Assembly: GCF_004376175.1 (NCBI RefSeq)
Contig: NZ_SNUY01000026.1
Span: forward strand, 1 to 32,000
Length of the DNA stretch: 32,000 nucleotides
Direction of reading: 5' to 3'
Source: Halalkalibacterium halodurans
GTDB taxonomy: Bacteria > Bacillota > Bacilli > Bacillales > Bacillaceae_D
Below, one piece after another: positions 16,213 to 24,212 of the stretch; positions within the stretch are counted from its first letter, which is position 1, and every line of letters begins with the position of its first letter. The position numbers and the translations under genes are program-made. Under the pieces are notes generated by a model. That model was not told the DNA's origin and made no database searches. It worked only from the letters and a program-made list of their open reading frames with translations.

Positions 16213-18393
16213 ATGACGATGACGATTAACAAGGAGCTCCACTGGCAAGAGCGACTGAAAGAAAGGTTTCCGCAACTAGAGGTAGAGGATGTTCTTTCTC
16301 AAGGGGCTTCGCTTGAATCGATGCGAATGAAGGCGATGGATGAAATCTCCGCCGAACAGCCGGAGTGGACGTTTATTACTGCACGTATTTATTTGGAAGA
16401 GCTGTACAACAGCGTCAAAGAGCAACGAGGGCTGGTGAAACCATATACACAGTTTTACGAACTAATTGAAGTACTTGTAGACAAAGGAATTTATGAAAAG
16501 GATCTGCTCAATCGTTATACAAAAGAGGAGATCAATGAACTCGGAGAGCATTTGAATCAAGAAAAGGACGAGCTGTTTACATACATTGGCTTAAAAACAT
16601 TAGCGGACAGATACCTTGCCCGACTATATGATCGGACGTTGATGGAATTACCACAGGAACGCTTTATGGTCATTGCTATGTCTCTCATGAAAAAAGAAGT
16701 AAATAGCCAGCGCCTTTCGTTAGTGAAGGAAGCCTATTGGGCTCTCTCAAACCTCTATATGACAGTGGCGACACCGACATTTGCTAACGCAGGAAAAGCG
16801 GTAGGGCAACTTTCCAGTTGTTTCATTGATACAGTGGATGATAGTTTGCGAGGCATTTTTGATAGTTGTACTGATGCTGCGACCGTCAGTAAAAGTGGTG
16901 GTGGGCTTGGGATTTACCTAGGAAAAATTCGTGCCAAAGGATCGTCGATTAAAAATTATCAAAATGTGTCATCGGGTGTTTTGCCATGGATGAAACAGTT
17001 AAACAATGTGGCGGTGAGCGTTGATCAACTAGGTCAACGACAAGGAGCCATTGCCGTTTACCTAGACATTTGGCATAAAGACATCTTTTCTTTCCTTGAT
17101 GCGAAACTGAATAACGGAGACGAGCGTCAGCGAACACACGATTTGTTCACGGCCGTTAGCCTTCCAGATTTATTTATGGAGGCAGTGGAAGCTAGAGACC
17201 ATTGGTATTTGTTTGATCCACACGAAATCCGTCAGAAAATGGGCTTTTCTCTTGAGGACAGCTATGACGAGCAAAAGGGGAGCGGGACGTTCCGCGAGCG
17301 TTATGAAGCGTGTGTAAACAACCCAGATTTAAGCCGAACAGAAGTACCAGCGATCGAAATCATGAAACGAATTATGATTTCCCAGCTTGAAACAGGAAGC
17401 CCATTCATGTATTACCGCGATGAAGCAAATCGCATGAATCCGAACAAGCATGAAGGCATGGTCTATGGTTCGAACCTTTGCACGGAAATCATTCAAAATA
17501 TGAGTCCTACGACAGTTGTAGAGGAAAAAACAGAAGACGGAAAAATTTTAATTACGAAGCAACCAGGCGATTATGTCGTGTGTAATTTAAGTTCCTTGTC
17601 TCTTGCTCGTGTAGTCGAAGACGATGTGCTTGAAAGGCTCATACCAATTCAAGTACGGATGCTCGATAACGTGATTGATGTGAACCGTATCGAGGTGAAG
17701 CAAGCGGAGCAAACGAACCAAAAATACCGTGCGATCGGCCTTGGGACGTACGGCTGGCACCACCTTCTTGCAAAAAAAGGAATTGCGTGGGAATCGGAGG
17801 AAGCGATTCGCTATGCAGATGAACTATACGAAACGATTAACTATTTAACCATTCAAGCAAGCATGAAATTGGCAGAGGAAAAGGGAGCGTACCCGATGTT
17901 TGCCGGATCAGACTGGGAGACCGGTGAGTATTTTGAGCGGCGTCAGTATACAACTGACAAGTGGACAGAGCTTGCAGAACAAGTAAAAGAAAAAGGACTG
18001 CGTAACGGATACTTACTTGCAGTTGCTCCAAATGCGACGACAGCGTTAATTGGCGGAACGACGGCCTCCATTGACCCGATCTTTCAAAAGACGTATGTGG
18101 AAGAAAAGAAAAACTATCGCATTCCAGTGACGGCGCCAGACCTTTCGCCAGAGACGACATGGTATTATAAATCTGCGTACCATATTGACCAAACATGGAG
18201 CATTCGCCAAAATGGAGCCCGTCAGCGACATGTCGATCAATCAATTTCGTTTAACCTCTATGTGTCCAATACGATTCGTGCGAAAGAACTGCTGGAGCTC
18301 CACTTACTTGCTTGGAAAGAAGGATTGAAGACTACGTACTACCTACGTTCCACTTCAATGGAGATAGAAGATTGTGAAAGCTGCGCAAGCTAA
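16213..18393 (+). CDS. Class I ribonucleotide reductase alpha subunit, no ATP-cone (NrdE/NrdA-like)
   Basis: 726 aa with SD GGGAGG. Motifs ATPTFANAG, SSCF, GGGLG, SNLCTEI (active-site Cys/Glu), the C-terminal CxxC tail (EDCESCAS) and a YY pair (TTYYLRS). There is no N-terminal ATP-cone sequence. Confidence 0.95.
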   Translation: MTMTINKELHWQERLKERFPQLEVEDVLSQGASLESMRMKAMDEISAEQPEWTFITARIYLEELYNSVKEQRGLVKPYTQFYELIEVLVDKGIYEKDLLNRYTKEEINELGEHLNQEKDELFTYIGLKTLADRYLARLYDRTLMELPQERFMVIAMSLMKKEVNSQRLSLVKEAYWALSNLYMTVATPTFANAGKAVGQLSSCFIDTVDDSLRGIFDSCTDAATVSKSGGGLGIYLGKIRAKGSSIKNYQNVSSGVLPWMKQLNNVAVSVDQLGQRQGAIAVYLDIWHKDIFSFLDAKLNNGDERQRTHDLFTAVSLPDLFMEAVEARDHWYLFDPHEIRQKMGFSLEDSYDEQKGSGTFRERYEACVNNPDLSRTEVPAIEIMKRIMISQLETGSPFMYYRDEANRMNPNKHEGMVYGSNLCTEIIQNMSPTTVVEEKTEDGKILITKQPGDYVVCNLSSLSLARVVEDDVLERLIPIQVRMLDNVIDVNRIEVKQAEQTNQKYRAIGLGTYGWHHLLAKKGIAWESEEAIRYADELYETINYLTIQASMKLAEEKGAYPMFAGSDWETGEYFERRQYTTDKWTELAEQVKEKGLRNGYLLAVAPNATTALIGGTTASIDPIFQKTYVEEKKNYRIPVTAPDLSPETTWYYKSAYHIDQTWSIRQNGARQRHVDQSISFNLYVSNTIRAKELLELHLLAWKEGLKTTYYLRSTSMEIEDCESCAS

Positions 18394-18407
18394 GGAGGAT
18401 TTTTAAA

Positions 18408-19445
18408 ATGGAGCAGTTACAGAAACGAAAAATTTATGATACAACCGCATCCAATGCATCAACAGGCATTTTAAACGGTAAGAGCTCAAACGTGTTAAAC
18501 TGGGATGACGTCCGCTTCTCGTGGGCGTACCCTCTCTATAAAAATATGCTCGCCAACTTTTGGACACCATTTGAAATCAATATGAGCCATGATGCCAAGC
18601 AGTTTCCTACTCTTACGGAAACGGAACAAGAGGCGTTCAAAAAAATCATTGGGTTGCTCGCGTTTTTAGATAGCGTACAGACCGACTATTCAATGCGAGC
18701 AGCAGAATATTTAACAGATTCCAGTCTTGCCGCCCTGATGAGCGTTCTCTCCTTCCAAGAGGTCGTCCATAACCAAAGTTACTCATATGTCTTGTCCAGC
18801 TTAGTACCGAAAGCGACGCAAGATGAGATCTTTGAATATTGGAAGCATGACGACGTATTGAAGGAACGCAATGAATTCATCATAGATGGATACGAGAAGT
18901 TTGTGGACAATCCAACACCGAAAACGTTTCTCGAATCAATTGTGTACGATGTTATTTTAGAGGGACTTAACTTTTATTCGGGCTTTGCGTTTTTCTACAA
19001 CTTAGCCCGAAATCAAAAGATGGTATCCACGTCAACGATGATCAACTACATTAATCGGGATGAGCAACTACACGTCTACTTATTTACGAACATTTTTAAA
19101 GAGTTGCTCGTTGAATTTCCTGAATTGAATACGGAAGAAACCAAAACATTCGTAAAAACAACGTTAATGAAAGCAGCTGACCTTGAGAAAGACTGGTTCC
19201 GCTACATTATCGGAGACAAAATTCCAGGAATCAATCCAGAGGATATGGAGACTTACATTTCGTTTATTGCGAATAAGCGAGCCGTACAGCTAGGCATGGA
19301 GAAACCTTATCCTGAAATTAAGCACAATCCGATGAAATGGATCCGTGCCTATGAGGATGTTAATAGCGGGAAGAGTGATTTCTTCGAACAAAAATCACGC
19401 CAATATGCAAAAGTATCGGCCGATAACGGTTTCGATGAATTATAA
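18408..19445 (+). CDS. Class I ribonucleotide reductase beta (radical-generating) subunit
   Basis: 345 aa with SD AAGGAGG. Di-metal ligands in their canonical places (FLDSVQ; FQEVVHNQSY with Tyr at His+4; ILEGLNFYSGF; NRDEQLHV). Acidic C-terminal tail DNGFDEL. Confidence 0.95.
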   Translation: MEQLQKRKIYDTTASNASTGILNGKSSNVLNWDDVRFSWAYPLYKNMLANFWTPFEINMSHDAKQFPTLTETEQEAFKKIIGLLAFLDSVQTDYSMRAAEYLTDSSLAALMSVLSFQEVVHNQSYSYVLSSLVPKATQDEIFEYWKHDDVLKERNEFIIDGYEKFVDNPTPKTFLESIVYDVILEGLNFYSGFAFFYNLARNQKMVSTSTMINYINRDEQLHVYLFTNIFKELLVEFPELNTEETKTFVKTTLMKAADLEKDWFRYIIGDKIPGINPEDMETYISFIANKRAVQLGMEKPYPEIKHNPMKWIRAYEDVNSGKSDFFEQKSRQYAKVSADNGFDEL

Positions 19446-19456
19446 AGTACAAAAAA

Positions 19457-19491
19457 GCAACTGGGACATGCCAATCCCCCGGTTGCTTTTT
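19457..19491 (+). terminator. Intrinsic terminator after the RNR operon
   Basis: 9-bp stem GCAACTGGG (19457-19465) / CCCGGTTGC (19478-19486) with one G:U pair, then TTTTT. Confidence 0.75.
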
Positions 19492-19510
19492 CACGTTAAA
19501 CACACATAGA

Positions 19511-20035
19511 TTAGGTTAGCTTTATCCAATAACGCTGGATCGCAATCCCCCGCTCATCTACTACCTCTGAGTCGAGAACACCGACGTTCCTTTGAATGGT
19601 CCGAGCCGATGGAAGATTTTCTTTATCACATGTAATGAGAACTTTTTCCAAGCCAAGTGCAGCGGCTTTTTCGAGTCCGAGCTTTAACATCAAAGTCGCG
19701 TAACCTTTGCCACGTTCGCTTGGGCGGATTCCATAGCCGATATGTCCGCCGCGATGGTGTAGCCAGTCATTAAGTGTGTGGCGAATATTAATTGCTCCAA
19801 TTAAGCGCTTCTGTTCATGAACTAGCCTATAGGTTGTGTTGGCGACTCGATTCGCTGGAAGGTTAACTCCGTGTTGATAATCCTTAAGCGTCTTCAGTAA
19901 ATGCTCAAACGGGATAGGATTTAATCTTAAGGTAAAAGGAATAGGCGTTTCTCCTGAATTTCCCCATTCTTTAAGCATGTCGAGATAGGCGTTTTGATAC
20001 GCAAGGCTTGGTAGAATTAAAGTGGCGTTCTCCAT
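19511..20035 (-). CDS. GNAT-family N-acetyltransferase
   Basis: I prefer the start at the internal ATG (MENATLILPS..., codon at 20033-20035) preceded by AGAGGGA, rather than the ORF-track start at 20095. Acetyl-CoA-binding style motif IRPSERGKGYATLML. Confidence 0.85.
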   Translation of the reverse strand: MENATLILPSLAYQNAYLDMLKEWGNSGETPIPFTLRLNPIPFEHLLKTLKDYQHGVNLPANRVANTTYRLVHEQKRLIGAINIRHTLNDWLHHRGGHIGYGIRPSERGKGYATLMLKLGLEKAAALGLEKVLITCDKENLPSARTIQRNVGVLDSEVVDERGIAIQRYWIKLT

Positions 20036-20315
20036 CACATGTCCCTCTTCTCTAGTATTTTTTCTTATTGTAGGACAAGGGGTTGTACGTTTCAACGGAT
20101 TTTACCGATTGGATTAGGAGGAAGGAAATGACTTGTAAAGATTTTGTTCAGAAATGATAAATATGTTTATGTATGCTCGGTGAATGACAAGAAATGGAGG
20201 GGAAGAGGGCTTTTTTTCCGCTGTTTTTAAGCATAATGCAAAAAGCAGAGAAATACAGTCTTTGATATGATGACGCTAGGAAGAGTACAAGATGAATAGA
20301 AGGGGTGAACGTTAA

Positions 20316-20705
20316 ATGATGAAGCTAACAAAAGAAGTATTGCAACCATTTCCACAATTCATTGGACAAAAGCCGCAACGGGTCGTAGAGGAAGCAAGCT
20401 GCATCACCTTTGATATCAATGAGTCTCTTTCTTTGATCTTTAAAGCACGCTCAGAGCATTGTTTAACCGTACGTATTCAGCAATATCAATACGTTGATTG
20501 GTCAAGGTATCAACTACAAGTTAGAGAGCTTATCTCTCATTTAGAAAGCCTTGCCCTAGAATTAGATTTTACAGAAATTGAGTTTGAGTCGAGCAGAAGA
20601 ACCACTTTGTTAAAAATTTTAGTACAGCAAGGCTATAACAACCGATACGGAGGCGTCCGTGGCAATGGCCTTGAAGGGCGATATGTCAAAATGCTCGTTC
20701 AATAA
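20316..20705 (+). CDS. Hypothetical 129-aa protein
   Basis: ORF with SD AAGGGGTG 8 nt upstream. I recognise no family. Confidence 0.6.
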   Translation: MMKLTKEVLQPFPQFIGQKPQRVVEEASCITFDINESLSLIFKARSEHCLTVRIQQYQYVDWSRYQLQVRELISHLESLALELDFTEIEFESSRRTTLLKILVQQGYNNRYGGVRGNGLEGRYVKMLVQ

Positions 20706-20729
20706 AAAAGGGTGGACGCATCATCCACC
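20702..20729 (-). terminator. Intrinsic terminator of hemAT; the hairpin includes the stop codon
   Basis: On the minus strand: GGTGGA-TGATGCG-TCCACC followed by CTTTTTTATT. The hemAT stop (20721-20723) sits in the loop and its last two Gly codons form the 5' arm of the stem. Confidence 0.6.
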
Positions 20730-22043
20730 ACTTTCTACCTCAGTCGTTAAGCGATTGAGCTGATTAGCAGATTGAGAAACTTGCAGCGACGATTCATCCA
20801 ACTCTTTTGTGACGGAAAGAAGTTGCTGTAAGTCTGTTTTCATCTGCTCATTTTTTGTTTTGACCTCATTCATCGCCTCAGTAATAGAATGGAAGGTTCC
20901 AGCCGTCGAATCCATCCCTTTTGAGCCCTCTGATACGAGTTGATAAATGGTACCGATTGAATCGACAACGGATGCGATCTGCTCTGTTGTTTTTTCGATT
21001 AATTGAGACACAGTGTTTGTTGAATCTTTTGTTTGATCGGCAAGCTTTCGCACTTCGTTGGCCACAACAGCGAAGCCTTTACCTTTTTCTCCTGCTCTCG
21101 ATGCTTCAATTGTCGCATTTAACGCTAGTAAATTCGTTTGGTCGGCAATGCCTTTCACCACGTCAACAAATTCTGTAATTTCAATGGATCGGTCATTGAG
21201 ATCAGTCGAGATCGTCTGAATATGTTTAACACTTTGTAAAATCGCATCCATGTTCGAGCTCTGTGTCGTAATTTGTGCTTTACCATTCAATGAAAGTGTC
21301 TCAGCCTTGATTGCTAAATCAGTCCCTTCATTGGCGGAAGCGACCACTGTTTCTGAGCGATGGACGAGCTGCTTGTTTGCTGCGCTCGTTTGTTGAGAAA
21401 TGGCGGCTAACTCTTGAGCGGCAGCTGTTAAATGCTGAATTAATTCTCTTTTTTGACGCTCATGTTCAGCCTCAATCCGCTTATTCTCGTTTTCATACGC
21501 CTCCAGCACGAGCTGTTGTTCAAGATTAAGGAGCTTTATCAATGAGCGGGTGGCCAAGACAATATCAGAAGGTGATTGGAGGTGCTGCTCAAGAAGTTGA
21601 ATCAACGAATCGGTTAGTTGTTGAAAAGCCGACACGTACCACTTCGTTTGTAACCCGATACGGACATGGGCTTGAGCAATCTGTAAGCGCTTTTGTAAAA
21701 ACGCTTGATCAATTTCTCCGTTAAACATTTCAAGGATATGCTGTTTTAGTGTCTCTTTTAGCCGTTCAACAGAGCTGTGAGTTTCAATAATTTCGTTTAG
21801 GTTTGGTTGCTTTATAATATTTGAATAAAAAGCATCAGCGAGAACCTCCATGTTTTCTTCAACGAGAGGTTGTAATGCTTTCATTCGTTTTAAATCATCC
21901 AGCGTTAAGTGGATCATACGGAGCTGTGCAGAAAGCTCGGATTCAGCAGGGAGCTCAAACTTAACAGCAGCTTGTTCGAACTGGTGTGAAAAATAAGATT
22001 CTCGCTTGCTTGGTTTAGATTGTCGAGTAAATAAGGGCAACAT
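20721..22043 (-). CDS. hemAT: Heme-based aerotaxis transducer (globin-coupled sensor fused to a methyl-accepting chemotaxis signalling domain)
   Basis: 440 aa. N-terminal sensor-globin region with a distal Tyr (LADAFYSNI) and a proximal His (AQAHVRIGL). No TM helices. C-terminal MCP signalling hairpin ([40 protein letters not shown]). Confidence 0.85.
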   Translation of the reverse strand: MLPLFTRQSKPSKRESYFSHQFEQAAVKFELPAESELSAQLRMIHLTLDDLKRMKALQPLVEENMEVLADAFYSNIIKQPNLNEIIETHSSVERLKETLKQHILEMFNGEIDQAFLQKRLQIAQAHVRIGLQTKWYVSAFQQLTDSLIQLLEQHLQSPSDIVLATRSLIKLLNLEQQLVLEAYENENKRIEAEHERQKRELIQHLTAAAQELAAISQQTSAANKQLVHRSETVVASANEGTDLAIKAETLSLNGKAQITTQSSNMDAILQSVKHIQTISTDLNDRSIEITEFVDVVKGIADQTNLLALNATIEASRAGEKGKGFAVVANEVRKLADQTKDSTNTVSQLIEKTTEQIASVVDSIGTIYQLVSEGSKGMDSTAGTFHSITEAMNEVKTKNEQMKTDLQQLLSVTKELDESSLQVSQSANQLNRLTTEVESGG

Positions 22044-22134
22044 TTACACTCCTTTTATGATATAAGTAATGGGTCTTTTGATTTAATGAGACCTATCTAT
22101 ACTATCGGTTAAATGTAAATTTTCTAAAGTGAAA

Positions 22135-22165
22135 TGAAAAACGAGCCTTTTATTCAAAGACTCGT
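22135..22165 (-). terminator. Possible terminator after the SDR gene
   Basis: On the minus strand: ACGAGTC-loop-GGCTCGT (plus-strand arms 22141-22147 / 22159-22165), then TTTTC. Short stem, so weak. Confidence 0.4.
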
Positions 22166-22172
22166 AGTTCGC

Positions 22173-22955
22173 TCACAAGGTATTTTGGAAGCCGCCTTCA
22201 GAATGAATCACTTGCCCTGTAATCCATTCGGCATCATCGCTTGCAAGGAAGGCAATAAGGTTAGCTGCGTCCTTTGGCTCACCGAGACGACCGAATGGAA
22301 AGCGAGGAAGCAATTCTTGTTTCAACTGATCTGACATCCAACCAGAATTGGTGGGGCCTGGATTTACAGCATTGATTGTGATCCCTTTTTTTGCCAGCCC
22401 GGTTTTCAACGTATACGTTAAAGCTTCCACGGTTGACTTCGTGATAGCATAAGAAAGCTCATTTGCCATCGGCCCTTGAGACCACCCTGTCGTTAGTTGG
22501 ATGATTCGTCCGCCATGCCCCTTTGAAAAGCGCTTCGCGAATTCAGAGGTTAATAATGTCGTAGCCCGCACATTGATAACGTAATGGGCATCAAGATTCT
22601 CACTTGTAATCGTTTCATAGGAATCATTAACGGAAACGCAAGCGTTGTTCACCAAAATATCGGCTGTTGTCCCAAACCGCTGTTCAAATGCGTTAAAGAT
22701 TTGTACGTATGCATTATCTTCTGATAGATCCAGCTCCAGGTGTGCTACGGCAACTCCATGTGACTCAAGTTCCTTCGCCAAACGCATTGGCTCATCGTTT
22801 TCTCCCTTTACGCCTAAGGTCTGATCATAGTGAAAATAATAAGTGAAAAACACATCAGCGCCTCGTTTGGCAAATTCACGGCAAATGGCTGCTCCGATCC
22901 CACTTAAACGACTAACCCCTGTAACAATAGCACGTTTTCCATGAAGGTTTTTCAT
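22173..22955 (-). CDS. Short-chain dehydrogenase/reductase (SDR) family oxidoreductase
   Basis: 260 aa with SD AGGAGGG. TGxxxxxGIG-type cofactor motif (VTGVSRLSGIGAAI), NNA, and catalytic S...YxxxK (SYAITK). Confidence 0.9.
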   Translation of the reverse strand: MKNLHGKRAIVTGVSRLSGIGAAICREFAKRGADVFFTYYFHYDQTLGVKGENDEPMRLAKELESHGVAVAHLELDLSEDNAYVQIFNAFEQRFGTTADILVNNACVSVNDSYETITSENLDAHYVINVRATTLLTSEFAKRFSKGHGGRIIQLTTGWSQGPMANELSYAITKSTVEALTYTLKTGLAKKGITINAVNPGPTNSGWMSDQLKQELLPRFPFGRLGEPKDAANLIAFLASDDAEWITGQVIHSEGGFQNTL

Positions 22956-22969
22956 CGATTCCCTCCTGT

Positions 22970-23002
22970 ATTAAATGAATAAAACAAGCCAGGCCGTCGT
23001 TT
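22970..23002 (-). terminator. Intrinsic terminator after the DUF1292-like gene
   Basis: 7-bp stem at 22977-22983 / 22996-23002 (AGCCAGG / CCTGGCT), followed on the minus strand by TGTTTTATT. Confidence 0.6.
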
Positions 23003-23018
23003 TGACCTGGCTCCTACT

Positions 23019-23270
23019 TTATTGTTCTGGGAAGTTTTCGTCAGCGTTTATTGCGATTTCATATGCGGCAACGAGCTGTTCAATTTCGTCTTCTGTTGCA
23101 TTCACAAGCGACTGGGAGCCATTGTGCTCTTCAATTCGCATGATTTCCATCTCCTGACCAGAAGAAATCATTGTGTAATGCTGTCCTCCCATTTCAAAAA
23201 CAGCTTCTACTTCATATTCATGCTCATTACCTTGTTCATCACGAATTGTGATGTGATCTTTATCTACCAT
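23019..23270 (-). CDS. Small acidic DUF1292-like protein
   Basis: 83 aa with SD GAGGTGA. The ITIRDEQGNEHEYEVEAVFEMGGQHY pattern resembles the DUF1292 family as I recall it. Confidence 0.7.
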   Translation of the reverse strand: MVDKDHITIRDEQGNEHEYEVEAVFEMGGQHYTMISSGQEMEIMRIEEHNGSQSLVNATEDEIEQLVAAYEIAINADENFPEQ

Positions 23271-23341
23271 GATGTCACCTCTTCCTTTCGTCTCGTTTTA
23301 GTTTGCCCAATGAAAGGAATGAGAAACGTGAGGATTCATGG

Positions 23342-23650
23342 TTATGCCCATTTTTCTCCCCACTGCTGAATCGCTTCAATCACAGGTGTTAAATCCTTCC
23401 CCTTTTCCGTAAGTTCATACTCGATCCGCACGGGCTTTTCTGGATAAACGTGACGAATGACAACTTCAAGCTGTTCAAGCTCTTTCATCCGTTCGGTTAA
23501 AATACGATCACTCATACCAGGAATTTGCGCTTTAATGTCTTTAAAGCGTTTTGGACCAGCTAAAAGCACTCGTATGATAAGCCCTGTCCATTTCTTTCCT
23601 AATAAATCGATCGCGGCTTCGTATTTTGGACACATTGTATTGTAATCCAT
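23342..23650 (-). CDS. HxlR-family winged-helix transcriptional regulator
   Basis: Start chosen at MDYNTMCPKYEAAIDLLGKKWTGLII... (ATG at 23648-23650, SD GAGGTGA). The longer ORF-track start at 23728 has no SD and would add a non-homologous extension. The CP...GKKW...RF..I...I....L..RL..L motif is typical of HxlR. Confidence 0.85.
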   Translation of the reverse strand: MDYNTMCPKYEAAIDLLGKKWTGLIIRVLLAGPKRFKDIKAQIPGMSDRILTERMKELEQLEVVIRHVYPEKPVRIEYELTEKGKDLTPVIEAIQQWGEKWA

Positions 23651-23766
23651 TTTCTTCACCTCATCTAACGTTAGTTTACCACATGTTTTCAGTCGAGATA
23701 AATAGCAGGGGAGTGTAGGTAAAGGCAATTAAACTTTATTAATTGATTAAATTTTCGCAAAAAAGA

Positions 23767-23796
23767 TTGACCATTTTCAGAACTCTGTTATATAAT
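23767..23796 (+). promoter_or_regulatory. Near-consensus sigma-A-type promoter for the 48-aa ORF
   Basis: TTGACC (23767-23772), an 18-nt spacer, then TATAAT (23791-23796). Confidence 0.6.
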
Positions 23797-23849
23797 AACT
23801 TAAAAATAAATACTATGTTATAACACACATAATAAAAGGAGGAAGGAAC

Positions 23850-23996
23850 ATGATGATGAGTCGACAAGAACGTGAGAACATGATTGAGTTTTTGACACAG
23901 AGGAAAGATTTTTCAACGGAGAAGCTAATGGTCATGACAGATGCTGAGATCGAGCATCTTTATGAGCGGGCATACAGCCATCATGAACGAGGTTAG
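23850..23996 (+). CDS. 48-aa small hydrophilic helical protein (below the ORF-track cutoff)
   Basis: MMMSRQERENMIEFLTQRKDFSTEKLMVMTDAEIEHLYERAYSHHERG. Excellent SD AAAGGAGGAAGG and a strong promoter upstream. I vaguely recall a small-protein family named after a B. halodurans locus (BH0509) with this look, unverified. Confidence 0.65.
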   Translation: MMMSRQERENMIEFLTQRKDFSTEKLMVMTDAEIEHLYERAYSHHERG

Positions 23997-24067
23997 GTTC
24001 GTAAGTGGGCGCGCCTTATAGTATACTACTTGTTGGAAAAAACTTTTTACGCTAAGCAGGTGGTATC

Positions 24068-24169
24068 GTGAGATTGTCAAATAAGGCGCTGTTTATTTTA
24101 ATAACGGTCATTGTCCTTATGTATGGATTTGGTTATTGGATCATCGGTCATTTTATTTTGACACGATAA
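24068..24169 (+). CDS. Possible 33-aa hydrophobic micro-protein
   Basis: GTG start 4 nt after AGGTGG. VRLSNKALFILITVIVLMYGFGYWIIGHFILTR contains one predicted TM helix. It ends just before the bidirectional terminator. There is no homology argument. Confidence 0.35.
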   Translation: MRLSNKALFILITVIVLMYGFGYWIIGHFILTR

Positions 24170-24175
24170 GAGAAA

Positions 24176-24209
24176 ACACTGACGAAGGGGGGACTCGTCA
24201 GTGTTTTTT
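24176..24209. terminator. Bidirectional intrinsic terminator (micro-ORFs / mgtE)
   Basis: 10-bp perfect stem ACACTGACGA (24176-24185) / TCGTCAGTGT (24195-24204), with AAAA upstream and TTTTT downstream. Confidence 0.75.
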
Positions 24210-24212
24210 ATC

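Noticed and set aside
16027-16275. 82-aa minus-strand ORF overlapping the B12 riboswitch and the RNR start.
   Set aside because: It overlaps a high-confidence riboswitch and the RNR SD and start codon on the other strand, and has no SD.
20237-20258. AATGCAAAAAGCAGAGAAATACAG, which resembles the GTGCAGAGAAATGCA sub-terminal repeat of the IS21-family element.
   Set aside because: It shares only an exact 10-nt core (GCAGAGAAAT), has no second repeat and no adjacent IS sequence. It is probably chance, or at most a very old relic.
22103-22110. Sigma-D-like -10 element (ACCGATAG on the minus strand) upstream of hemAT.
   Set aside because: It matches GCCGATAT at only 6/8 and I could not find TAAA at the required spacing of about 15 nt. 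It is mentioned only as a possibility and is not called as a feature.
23651-23728. Upstream extension of the HxlR ORF (start at 23728).
   Set aside because: There is no SD at that start. The extension (MPLPTLPCYLSRLKTCGKLTLDEVKK) is not part of the HxlR fold, and the ATG at 23650 has a GAGGTGA SD.
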